Source: Sphyrna mokarran
Lineage: Eukaryota
NCBI GenBank assembly: GCA_024679065.1
Contig: JAGIQG010000043.1
Location: forward strand, 1,798,001-1,862,000
Direction: 5' to 3'
Length of the DNA stretch: 64,000 nt
Below are positions 52,455-64,000 of this stretch, piece by piece. The notes below the pieces were generated by a model. That model saw nothing but the letters and a program-made list of their open reading frames with translations, was not told the DNA's origin and ran no database searches. Positions within the stretch are counted from its first letter, which is position 1, and each line of letters starts with the position of its first letter. Position numbers and translations under genes: made by a program.

Positions 52455-54230
52455 TTAGAACATAGAACATAGAACATTACAGCACAGAACAGGCCCTTCG
52501 GCTTTCGATGTTGTGCCGACCAAAATAAAAAGCAATGCCCCTCCAAACTAAACCATTCCCTTCTCTTCCATATACTTATCAATTAACCTCTTAAACGCCA
52601 CCAAACTTGGCGCATCTACAACAGCTGCAGGCAGGGCATTCCACTCCCTAATCACTCTTTGAGTAAAGAACCTACCTCTGATATCCGTCCTATAACTCAT
52701 ACCCCTTAATTTAAAGCTGTGTCCCCTCGTGCTAGCTTTCTCCATCCTAGGAAAAAGGCTATCACTGTCCACCCTATCTAAACCTCTAATCATCTTATAT
52801 GCTTCAATAAGATCCCTCTTAGCCGCCTCCTTTCTAACGAAAACAACCTCAAATCCTTCAACCTCTCTTCATAGGACCTGCCCTCCATACCAGGCAACAT
52901 CCTGGTAAACCTCCTCTGTACCCTCTCCAATGCCTCCACATCTTTCTTATAATGTGGGGACCAGAACTGCACACAATACTCCAAGTGCGGCCGCACTAGA
53001 GTTTTGTACAGTTGCAACATGATGCTGCGGCTCCTAAATTCAATCCCCCTACCAATAAAAGCTAAGACTCCATATGCCTTCTTAACAACTTTATCCACTT
53101 GACTGCCTACTTTCAGGGATCTATTGACACATACACCAAGATCCTTCTGTTCCTCAACACTATTAAGAGCCCTACCATTAGCCCTATACTCTACACATTT
53201 ATTGTTCCTGCCAAAGTGCATTACCTCACACTTTTCCACATTAAACTCCATTTGCCACCTCTCGGCCCAGCTCTGCAACTTGTCCAAGTCCCTCTGCAAA
53301 CTATAACACCCCTCTTCACTATCTACCACTCCACCGACTTTAGTGTCATCTGCAAATTTACTAATCCATCCTTCAATACCCTCATCCAGATCATTTATAA
53401 AAATTACAAACAGCAGGGGCCCCAAAACAGACCCCTGAGGTACACCACTTGTCACCGAACTCCACGATGAATATCTCCCATCAACCACCACCCTCTGTCT
53501 TCTATCTGCTAGCCAATTCCTAATCCAATTAGCTAAATCACCCTCTATCCCATACATCTGCATTTTCTGCAGAAGTCTTCCATGGGCCACCTTATCAAAC
53601 GCCTTACTAAAGTCCATATATACCACATCAACCGCCTTACCCCCATCCACCTCTTTAGTCACTTTTTCAAAAAACTCAATGAGGTTAGTAAGGCACGACC
53701 TACCCTTCACAAAACCATGCTGACTATCCCAATCAATTCATTTCTCTCTAAATAACTATAAATCCTATCCCTAATAATTCTCTCCAATACTTTGCCCACA
53801 ACAGAAGTAAGACTCACTGGCCTATAATTCCCTGGAAGGTCTCTCTTCCCCTTCTTAAACAATGGGACCACATTCGCTATCCTCCAGTCCTCCGGAACCA
53901 CACCCGTAACCAACGACGACCTGAAGATCAGAGCCAGAGGCTCTGCAATCTCCTCTCTTGCCTCCCAGAGAATCCTAGGGTAAATCCCGTCCGGCCCAGG
54001 GGACTTATCCAACTTCAAACCCTCGAGAATTTCTAACACATCCTCCCTATCTACTACAATACTTCCCAATTTGCAACCCTGTACCTCAGTGTTCTCCATA
54101 GCTACATTTCCAGCACTCTGCGTGAATACCGAAGAGAAATATTTATTCAGTGCCTCACCAATCTCTTCAGGCTCCACGCACAACTTCCCACTGCTGTCTA
54201 TGACTGGCCCTAATCTTGCCCTAACCAACT
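52455..54230 (-). mobile_element. young 5'-truncated CR1 LINE (RT), few lesions
   Basis: ORFs 53707-54228, 52790-53710 (PQGSVLGP, KFADD) and 52548-52793; (atgttct)n tail. Confidence 0.95.
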
Positions 54231-56669
54231 TCTACATAATAAAATTTGTCTTAATTTGAACTCTACATGTCAAAGCCATTGGTTCACTGCACTGTGTTTT
54301 CGAAGGCGTCATATTTTTGAACAACCAGTTTTTTTGTAAATCCTTTGCTCCTTTTCTTAATTTTCCTCCATAACTTCTCTTTATTTCAGAAGGTATTCGA
54401 TAGTAAACTACGTGGCTGTGGGAATAGAGACACATGCCGGCCAGACCAAGTGAGAACGATAGATTTCCTTCCCGAAACCAGTTGGATTTTACGACAATCC
54501 ACAGTGGTTTAATGGTCATCATTAGACTTTTAAACCCTGATTTGTATTCAACCCAAGATCCCGGTTGAGGCCGTCCTCATGCATGGGGAACTTGGCTATG
54601 ATTTTTTGTTTGGCGAGTATGCGTTTTCTTGTATCTTGAACACCGTCTTGGAGAACGCTTACCCGTCACTATACCTCTCTCCACACGCATTGTCTGCACC
54701 TGTAAAGACTTGATTACCTGTAAAGACTCTCATTCCAACCATTATTTTGCAATTGTCTCTGTCTATATAGGCCGTGCTTGTGAACCCACCTTCTCGTTCA
54801 CCTGAGAAAGGAGCAGTGTTTCAAAAGCTCGTGATTCCAAATGAAACTGCTGGACTTTAACCTGGTGTTGTGAGATTTCTCACTGCCCCCCCATACAATA
54901 ATGAAGATTCATTTCCATGACAACGTTGTTATCATTATATTATGCAACTACTAGAATGATCGGATGCAATCATTATGGAGTTTTGCAATTTTTTTCTGTT
55001 TTATAATTCAGATATCCAAAGATGTATGGGTTTGATTGATTGACCATGCTAAGAAATTGCTCTTTAGTGTCCAGGGATGCGTAGGTTAAAGGATTAGTGG
55101 GTATGACATGTAGGCATATCGGGGTAGGGCCTGGGTGGGATTGTGTTCGCTGCAGACTCGATGGGCCGAAGGGCCTCTTTCTGCACTGTAGGGTTCTATG
55201 GTTCAATGTTACTAATTCTCAGTTTGTGAAGTTTTGCAAGAAAGTTTCCAGTTAGCGATAATGGATTTCTCTGCACCTGGTTACAAAGCATAGGACTCAC
55301 GTCTGTCTAATTGTTTAGTCTTCAATCAAGAGAAGCAATCAAATTTGGTTCAAGTAGAACACGTGTAGTTTCATCTATTATGTAAGTTCCATCTCCTAGA
55401 CAAAACGTGTTGCCAATTTAATAGGTCTCGTATTTGATTGTCCCATTCTTGTTAATATGAACTTTGATTATATTATAAATATAAATGCTGGATAAACTCA
55501 GCGGCTTTGGCAGATCCGTGGAGACAGAAACGCAGTTTCACAGACATTCTCGACCTCCACCATGACGCTCAGGGTACACCAATAATTGACCAAAGATCCT
55601 TCGACAGCACCTTCTGAACTCACGACCACTGCCTTGCAGAAGGACAAGATTAGCTTATGTATGAGAACACCATCATCTGCAAGTTCCCCTTCAAGCCACT
55701 CACCATCCTGACTTCGAAATATATTCGCCGTCATTCGGCCAACATCCTGGAATTCTTTCCCTAACGGCTTTTTTGACAATCCATAGCAGGTGGACTGAAG
55801 TCTTTCAAGAAGTGAATTCGCTTCATTAGGGCAATTAAGGATGGGGAATGAATTCTGACCACCCAGCAACTCCCATATCCCGGGAATGATAAAAAAAAAT
55901 GTAAATATATCGGGTTCCTAAAACTCGTGCTGAATTTGAACTGCTGTGTTGGGTTCTCTGAAACACATCTCAGTTTAGCATGAAGATAATGGGGTTAAAA
56001 GGAGCACATTGCGAGAACACGTTACACAGAGTAATCTTATTTCTTCCAGCGGATAAGATTATGAGATGGTCGAATCGTCGTGCTTAAGTTTGAAAAATAA
56101 TTCGATGGTTTGATGGAGGGAAACGGTCTCCTCTGACGGGAGCGGAGTGGGGGTGTCCATAACATGGGGTCAAAGCTTTTAAATTAGTGCCAGACTGTTT
56201 AGGGGTGATGTCAGGGTGCATTTTCCCAGTGTGGACTGGTACTCTGGATCAATGTCCACAGAAAGCTCTTGATGCAGGCATAAAAGTCATTTTGTTCGGT
56301 TATATTAAGGGGCCCTATGTTCAATTCCGACTCCAACACAAGGCAAAAGGTAAACAAAACACAAAACATTTGGAATTAAATTCCAATGTATAATTAAAAG
56401 CCGTTGGTGTAAAAAAGCCCGTGTTGAAAAATGACTTGGCAACTCAGTCAGTTAGTTCAAGGGTAAATAAGGATGGCCAATACATCTGGCAAGCCGGTGG
56501 CGCCCCCGTCCCATGAATGAATTAATTGAAGTAATAGTGAAGTTTTTCCCTTGAAAGAAAAAAAACTTGTCTGAAGCTTCCAATGTTTGCAATTTCAAAA
56601 TTGCAACGGCAATACATCACTTCAATGAAACATTCTTTGAATTTCACTTTCATAATGAACTATTTCATT

Positions 56670-57584
56670 ATGCCAGGGCAGGTGGTTGTTGTTGTAGTAG
56701 GGGAACATGTGGCTAACAGTGACCACAATTCTGTCTACTTTAGGATTCAGATGGAAAAGGATGTTTGTTGCCCTAGGGGCAGGGTGCTGAATTGGGCGAA
56801 GGCTAACTATGGTCGAATTAGGCAGGCACTTAGGGAAACTGATTGGGAAAGGTTGTTTGAGGGTAAGTCCACGCTAGGCATGTGTGACTCTTTCAAGGGA
56901 ATACTGAAAATGTTGCAAGATAAGTATGTGGCAGCCAGGAGGAAAGATGGGAAAGGTAGGATGAGAGCCTTGGATTTCTAGGGATATTGAGGACTTGGTT
57001 AGGGAGAAAAGAGAAGCATATGATAGGTCGAAGCAGCTGGGAACCGAGACTGCATTGAAGGAATATAGAAAGAGTAGGAGGGAGCTCAAACAGGGAGTTA
57101 GAAGGGCAAAAAGGGGGCATGAAATGATTTTGGCGAATAGGATTAAGGAAAACCCAAAGGCTTTTTATTCCTACGTTAGGAATAAAAGGTGGTTAGAGGA
57201 AAAATCGCACCTCTTAGGGACAGAGGAAGGGAACTGTGCTTAGAGCCTGAGGGAATGGCGGAGATCCTGAATGAATACTTTGCGTCGGTATTCACGAAGG
57301 AGAGGGACTTGTTGACAACTCTTGTCCCTGAGGGAGCTGTGGACCAGTTGAGGGAAATATCCATACCGAGGAAGGAAGTGTTAGAGCTTCTAGGTAGCAT
57401 TAAAACTGATAAATCTCCTGAGCCTAATGGCATTTATCCCAGGTTGCTTAGGGAGGTGCGAGGTGAAATTGCTGGACCTCTGACGCAAAACTTTGTCTCT
57501 TCCTTGGACACAGGTGAGGTCCCAGAGGACTGGAGAATAGCTTTTGCTGTACCGTTGTTTAAAAAGGGTAGTAAGCATAACCCT
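56670..57584 (+). mobile_element. CR1 LINE, 5' portion, interrupted by R2
   Basis: [18 protein letters not shown] and VPEDWRIA...PLFKKGSKHNPG, stopping at aac cct gg. Confidence 0.92.
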
Positions 57585-57760
57585 GGCGGGAGTAACTATG
57601 ACTCTTCATTTGCGGTGCACTCCCACTGGGGAGTGATCCGGCATAGTTACTAGCTGTGATCAATATTTGCGTGCTTTGCCCATCACAGACGTTGGTGCTG
57701 CCTCCTCGTTGGCCCCACCGGTAACCTTGATCGCTTTGGATCAAGGGCTAAACGACCAGT
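57585..57760 (+). ncRNA. HDV-like self-cleaving ribozyme at the R2 5' end
   Basis: P1 5' GGCGGG (57585) pairing with cccacc (57714-57719, one mismatch); P3/L3 gcc-tcctcgtt-ggc (57700-57713); P1.1 gg; P4 ccttgatc/gatcaagg (57725-57746); J4/2 gctaa; P2 ttggt/accag. Confidence 0.82.
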
Positions 57761-57792
57761 TTCCGCGACTTGAGTGGAAACAAAACCACGTA

Positions 57793-60700
57793 ATGGGTGA
57801 TCCGGATGCGGCTGCAGATGGATCGGCGAAAAGAAATGAATGGCTGCCAGGAAGGCAGGTTTCCGGTTGGATTGCGAACTGGAGAAACAACAACCCCACA
57901 GACGAGTCTGTAACTGCTCTCTGTGAAAAGTTGCAAAGGCTAGGTTACGTGGTAACTAACTCTAAAGAGTTAGTGACAAGATCAGTCTCGACCCAAACGG
58001 AAGAGCTGGTCTTGAGACAGAGACAAATTGCTGGGCACTGTTGGAGGGTAGACTCGGGTCCCAGGCCTGAGGACCCAGTCACTCCAATATGTGATGACGA
58101 AACAACTGTTGTAGAGGAGTCGGTCTGGACGGCCCATCCAGCCGAGGAAGTAGAGATAATCTCCTGTACCTCCTACAACAAGGCATATTTAGCCCTGAAT
58201 AAGGGCTTGGGAGACAATGGTAACATCAGAAATACCGCAAGCGATGGAGGTGCTCAGGATGAAGGCACCTTCATCGAGACAGTTACAATAACACCTACGG
58301 AAGACCGCTCAGAGGTTAAGGAAGTGGTGATCCATTATCCTACTGAGGCGTTGTATTGCAAGCCCTGCAATTCCATACTCTCCACGGTTGGGGCTTTCAG
58401 AGAGCATTTTAAGACAGTGCACAGGACCAAAAACATCGTGACCAAGTGTGCTCGATGCGGTAAGCCCGGTGAGTTCCACTCGATTGCCTGCCTCTACCCA
58501 AAATGTCAGGGCGAGAAGCCTCTGGCAGTGGGACAGTATAAGTGCAGTGCATGTGAATTGGCCTTCACCACAGAGAGTGGACTCAGCCAGCATGAGTGAC
58601 ACCGTCACCCGGACCTCCGCAATGAAAAACGTGCGGAAAAGGCACTGCCTAAGCCCTCAGCCAAACGGGGTAGAAGAAAGAGCGTATGGTCCGAGGAGGA
58701 GGAATCGCTCCTTGAGGAACTTGAAAAGAGATTTGCTGGTACGCATTATATCAATAAAGAGATTGGGAGTATCCTAACAACCAAAACGGCCAAACAAATC
58801 TCTGACAAGCGCAGGTTGCTGGCAAATGCGCGCAAAACAGCGAACAACGCACTCCCAGTTGTTGCTGAGAACCCAGACTCCGAGCAAGAGCAGGAGCCTG
58901 AGGAGGCAGATGTCGGAGATCCGGTACCGCAGGTGAGTTCCATCAGTCAGCCCAAGGTTCACGTTCCTAAGCATAGGGAAGTGGAGGAACACCTCAGGCA
59001 AGCCGAGAGGCTATTAACTGTGAGGAACGACCCTGACAATCAAGCCCTGGCAGTGGGTATAATTGAGAGCATCACCGACCTTCTGATGAGCGGTGTGACA
59101 AAAGGGCAAAGGAAGTCTGGTCCTAAAGAGAAGGTACATCAGAAAGTTAACCAAAGGCCTCGGCATGCGGTTAATAGTGGAGCAAAGAAACGATGGGCAA
59201 AGGAGAAATCCGTCTTTACAGCGACACAGCTGCTCTATAAGAACAATAGGCGTCAGCTTGCCCGACAGATCATGGGCGCGCCTACACAAATGAAATGTCC
59301 ACTTACAATTGAGGAACTGGAGGCAAGCTTTCGGGAGAAACTCTCCAGCCAGAACAATAAAGCAAATATCAATAAGTTCCAAGCATACAGTGGGAAAACC
59401 GACAACGGTGAGTTAATGAAGCTGATCACCGAAGAGGAGGTTACCCAGGCCATCAAGGGCGTTAATGAGGATAGCGTGCCTGGACCGGATGGTCAGAAAT
59501 TGGACGACATCCGGGGTATTCATGAGACCTATGAAACCCGCATACCTCGCCTCTTCTCCTTGTGGTTGGCTTCAAAGACGATCCCAAACTGTATGAAACA
59601 GAGCCGAACGGTCCTGATCCCCAAATGTGAGGACAGGGAACGCCTGAAAAACATTGACAACTGGCGACCAATTACCATCGGTCCATTGCTGCTGCGCCTA
59701 TTCACAAAGATCATGGCGAAGAGGCTGAGTGAGACAGTCGACATAAACCCGAGACAGAAAGGGTTTTTGGCAGCTACTCCCGGATGCAACCAAAATATCG
59801 CAGTGTTGCAGAACATCATGAAGGGAGCCAAGAAAAATCACAAGGACCTCGCAGTTGTCTTTGTTGATTTGGCGAAAGCGTTTGACTCTGTTGGTCACAA
59901 ACGACTCGTAAAAGCACTACAGAGAGTCAAGCTACCAAACGCCTTTGTGGAGCTCATCCAGAACCTCTACACTGGCAACACAACGGTGGTGGAAGGCGAG
60001 AAGTCTAAAGCCACCCCAATAATGATTGAGAGGGGTGTCAAGCAAGGAGACCTGCTCTCACCGGTACTATTCAATATTGCCTTGGATCCGCTGCTATGCA
60101 GTCTTGAAGCGGCTAAGTCTGGTGTCAGCATGACGCTAGATGGAGCAAGAGTCAACTGCTCGGCCCTTGCGTTCGCAGATGACATTGCCCTGCTCAGCGA
60201 CTCGCACACTGGGATGGCACAAAACCTGAAGATCCTCCAGACTTTTTGCGAGATGACTGGTCTTACTGTCAACACCAGTAAGACCAAGGGTTTCCACTTC
60301 ACCTGTAAGAGGAAGACCTTCATTTACAACCAATGCAAGAACTGGAGGATTCAGAAGGAGGACATTGCATACATCCCCCCAGGAGAGACAGAGAAATACC
60401 TGGGAGCCTGGATAGACCCGTGGGCTGGTATGGAGGAAGGAGCATGGGAGGATAGGCTGAAGACTTGGATCTCCAGTCTATAGGCATCAGCTCCTCGCCC
60501 ACGACAACGCGTGGAGCTACTCACTGTTCATGTCATACCGAGGCTGTACTACCACCTGATCCTAACTGAAGCGTCTCAAAACACGCTAGTAAAACTGGAC
60601 CAATTGATCCGCAATGCTGTCAAGCAGTTCCTGCACCTTCCACCTCATACAACAGATGGCATCCTCTCTTTGCGGGCTCGGAATGGAGGTCTGGGAATTC

Positions 60701-61711
60701 CCAAACTCGAGATCCAGATACCATCTGGGGTGATCCGAAAGTGGGAAGCACTGTCTGCCTCTACAGATCAAGTCATTCGCGCCTCGTTCCAGTTCTGCGA
60801 GCAGAACGTTGGCAGAAACATCGAAGATCTGAGATCTCTCAAGGCACTGAGAGAAATCGAAGACTTCATGCCAACAACGGAAGACGGTGGCAGTGACGAA
60901 ACAGCGATGATCAGAGCCGCATTGCCAACACTGGCGGCGGAGGAGGCAGGGCCCAGCAAGCCATTGAATAGATATGCTGGGTGGAGGGAATGGGAATTCC
61001 AGAAATGGAGACAGCTCACATCACAAGGTGTGGGAGTTCACTACTACCACAATGACAAAATCTCAAACAGTTGGATGAAGGCTGCATATCAGCTGAAATC
61101 CCATCGCCTGGTAAACAACATGCTACTTCGGTGTAACCTATATCCGACGAGGGTGACCCTGTCAAGAGGGAACCCCTCTGCCACAAAGACCTGCCGAAGG
61201 TGTGAGGCAGGTCTAGAAACACTCGGTCATATTTCAGGCTTTTGCCCATTTGTGGAAAAACTGCCGGATCAAACGCCACAATAAGATCTTGGACCAACTG
61301 CGTAAGTATGTCGGAAAATACGGCTGGACATCCTACCTCGAGCCAAAGCTCATTGCCAAGGACGGCAGCCTCTGGAAGCCTGACATCGTCTTCAAGAGGG
61401 AAAAGGATCAGCAGGTAGCGGTGGTGGATGTGACAGTCCGGTTCGAGGACAACTACGACAGTCTGGAGAAGGCGTGGCAGGAAAAGTGCCAGAAATATCA
61501 GCATCTGGGACCAGAAATTGAAAAATTGACGGGATGCCCGAACCCCAAATACTTTGGATTTGTTCTCGGCGCCAGGGGCAAGTGGTTGGAAAAGAATAAC
61601 AGCCTCATGGCCTTCCTGGGAAGAAAGAGATTCCGTTCATTCGCCCAACAAATTTCAAGGCTCACCCTGTCACTCACGTTGGAGATACTGGGGATCTTCA
61701 ACGACAGGTGA
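57793..61711 (+). pseudogene. R2 protein ORF disrupted by 2 stops (58597-58599, 60481-60483) and 1 frameshift (~61255)
   Basis: CKPC..H..H, CARC..C and CSAC..HE*HRH; Myb WSEEEE..TKTAKQISDKR; RT PGPDG, WRPI, DLAKAFD, GVKQGD, AFADD; CRRC..H..C; RHN, KPDIV, VVDVTV, KCQKY. Confidence 0.92.
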
Positions 61712-62454
61712 GAGACGATCAAAACCGGAGGACAAGCCGGCCACTTGTCAGAGATCACGGCATAATGCCCTCAACGGAGCCCATATATTAATATGGCGGA
61801 CTCTTTGGTGTTGGTCGGACTGTTTGTGTGTGTGTGTTGTACAGTGTGTTATGTGTTAAATGTAAATAATGACACCTATTCCTCCTACAAGTGCCACAGT
61901 CCGCCTTGTCTACGACAAGGGGCATGCACTCGGTGGGTGGTACTTGGATGGCTCTTGGGTGTTGATCCAAGAGTTGTCCAGTACTTCACTGCCGTTAGTG
62001 CGGGCTGACATGGACTGACATTTGGGCAGCACATCAGCCCGGTGATTAACACCGTTGGCTGGGCAGCTACGGAGACTTAGGGCGGATTACCGGCCACGGT
62101 CAATGTCTGCGGGAGTTTGCACATTCTCCCTGTGCTGCGTGGGTTTTTCCCGGGCACTCCGGTTTCCTCCCACATCCCCACAAACGTGCCATTATAGGCA
62201 AATTGGCGAAATCAAAGTGTCACTCAATTGGATCCCCTTAATTCGGCATAAATGTCCCCTAAATTTCCACCCCTCACGCGAGAGAGCAGCCCGAGCACAC
62301 AGGACCGACAAAATGGCTCACCAGTAGGCCCATAGACATCTGGGATGACAATAAAAGACCTAGCTATAACACCTTAGCTGTGAACCCAACTCACGTTCCT
62401 GAGCTAATAACACGACGTAAAGACTCGAACTAGGCACTCAGCCGAGTGTATTTA

Positions 62455-63995
62455 AATTATAGGCCGGTGAGTTTGACGTCAGTGCTAGGGAAGCTGTTGG
62501 AGGGGATTCTTAGAGATAGGATGGATGGGCACTTAGAATGTTGCATTCTGATTAGGGATACGCAGCATGGGTTTGTTAAGGAGAGGTCGTGCCTAACAAA
62601 CCTGGTAGAATTTTTTGAGGAGGTGATGAAATCAGTGGACGAAGGGCGAGCCGTTGATGTTGTCTATTTGGATTTTAGTAAGGCGTTTGACAAAGTCCCT
62701 CATGGGAGGTTAGTCGAGAAGGTCAAGGCAAATGGGATACAAAGACAGGTAGCTAGATGGATAAGTAACTGGCTTGGTAATAGGAGACAGAGAGTAATAG
62801 TGGAAGGGTGTTTCTCTAGCTGGAGGTCAGTCACTAGTGGTGTGCCGCAGGGCTCGGTACTGGGACCTCTTCTATTTGTAATATATATAAATGACTTGGA
62901 AGAGGGAGTAAGTGGAGTGATCAGCAAGTTTGCAGACGATACAAAGATGGCTGGACTTGCGGATAGCGAGGAGCATTGTCAGGCGATGCAGCAGGACATA
63001 GATAGGCTGGTAGCTTGGGCAGACAGATGGCAGATGGAATTCAATCCTGATAAATGTGAGGTGATGCATTTCGGGAGAAAGAATGTAGGGGGGAGGTATA
63101 TGATAAAGGGTAGACCTATTAAGAGTATGGAAACGCAGAGGGACCTGGGGGTGCAGGTGAACAAGTCTCTGAAGGTGGCAGAGCAAGTGGAGAAGGTTGT
63201 GAAGAAAGCATATAGTATGTTAGCCTTTATAGGAAGGGGTATAGAGTACAAGAGCTGGCCTTTAATGTTGCAGTTGTATAAAACGCTGGTTAGACCTCAT
63301 TTGGAATACTGCGTCCAGTTCTGGTCACCTTACTACCGGAAGGAAGTGGAGACTCCGGAGAGAGTGCAGAGGAAGTTTACCAGAATGCTGCCTGGTGTGG
63401 AAGATCTGAGTTATGAGGAGAGATTAGGCAAATTGGGACTGTTTTCTTTCGAAAGACGTAGACTTAGAGGAGATCTAATAGAGGTGTACAAGATTTTGAA
63501 GGCGATTGATAGAGTAGCGTTCTCCCCGTAGTTGCGTGGGTTTTCTCCGGGCGCTCCGGTTTCCTCCCACAACCCAAAAATTCGCTCTTAGGCTGATTGG
63601 GAAACAAATTGTCCCTATAGTGAGAGTCCTCCATATTAGGAATAACCTAATTTTATATTATGATAATGGAATTGCTACTATATAGTTATGATGGCAGTGC
63701 GGGCTCGTTGGGCCAAAGGGCCTGTTTCCCATGCTGTGTTGCTCTTAAAAAAAAGTAAACAGGGTTAAGCTTTTTCCTAGGATGGACTCAAATAGCACGA
63801 GAGGTCACGGGCTTAGGGTGAGGGGGGTAAGGTATAATTTGGATGCTGGAGGTTGTTTTTTCACACAGTGGGTGGTGGGAGTATGGAATGCGCTGCCAAG
63901 TAAAGTTGTGGAGGCAGGTAGTCTGGAGTTATTTAAGACATACTTAGATGGGCACATGAACGGAATAGGAATGGAGGGGTATAGAAAACTGATTT
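62455..63995 (+). mobile_element. CR1 LINE, 3' portion (continuation of 56670-57584)
   Basis: ORF 62446-63531 resumes at NYRPVSLTS; the remainder continues after the SINE at ~63755. Confidence 0.93.
63516..63755 (+). mobile_element. 5'-truncated SINE inserted in the CR1 3' portion
   Basis: ttctccccgtagttgcgtggg...ggccaaagggcctgtttcc, A-tail; CR1 ...IDRV resumes as gtaaacaggg. Confidence 0.75.
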
Positions 63996-64000
63996 AAATA

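Larger units (their letters stand above)
38640..56660 (-). repeat. right arm of the inverted segmental duplication, carrying VJ-C1 gene C
   Basis: Mirror-ordered homologous blocks with 10300-26620 (see left arm). Confidence 0.8.
57585..62455 (+). mobile_element. R2 non-LTR retrotransposon (clade A type, 3 N-terminal zinc fingers), near full-length, inserted outside rDNA
   Basis: 28S-derived 5' leader, HDV-like ribozyme, ZF-ZF-ZF-Myb-RT-CCHC-RLE ORF and ~740-nt 3' UTR; splits the CR1 motif NPG|NYRPVSLTS. Confidence 0.93.

Noticed and set aside
54790-54835. Hammerhead ribozymes in Penelope-like/short repeats (also ~11365, ~17035, ~17790-17825)
   Set aside because: The CUGANGA and GAAA cores are mutated in every copy seen; at most inactive remnants.
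57585-57605. 28S rRNA gene
   Set aside because: Only 21 nt match; this is the R2 leader and no other rDNA is present.

Overview
Eukaryotic (vertebrate) genomic DNA, most likely elasmobranch/shark, inferred from the repeat landscape: dense CR1 LINEs, HE1/V-SINE-like SINEs and their tandem-amplified cores. There are two main points of interest. (1) A cluster of non-rearranging, antigen-receptor-like IgSF genes with the architecture leader - germline-joined VJ - C1 - TM - cytoplasmic. The best-preserved copy (gene C, minus strand, 49697-41346) has canonical splice sites and a single +1 frameshift at the end of C1. A decayed paralog (gene B, plus, 16547-24193) lies in the opposite arm of an old inverted duplication. 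The TM and cytoplasmic exons of a third paralog (gene A, 4316-4614) and a further decayed V exon (~36490-36700) are also present. (2) An essentially full-length clade-A R2 retrotransposon (57585-~62455) sits outside rDNA, inside a CR1 RT. It still begins with the 28S rRNA-derived leader at the -28 position and carries a recognisable HDV-like ribozyme. The remainder is mostly CR1/other LINE fragments, SINEs, minisatellites, (CA)n tracts and one 131-nt assembly gap. Exon coordinates were read by hand; repeat boundaries are approximate.
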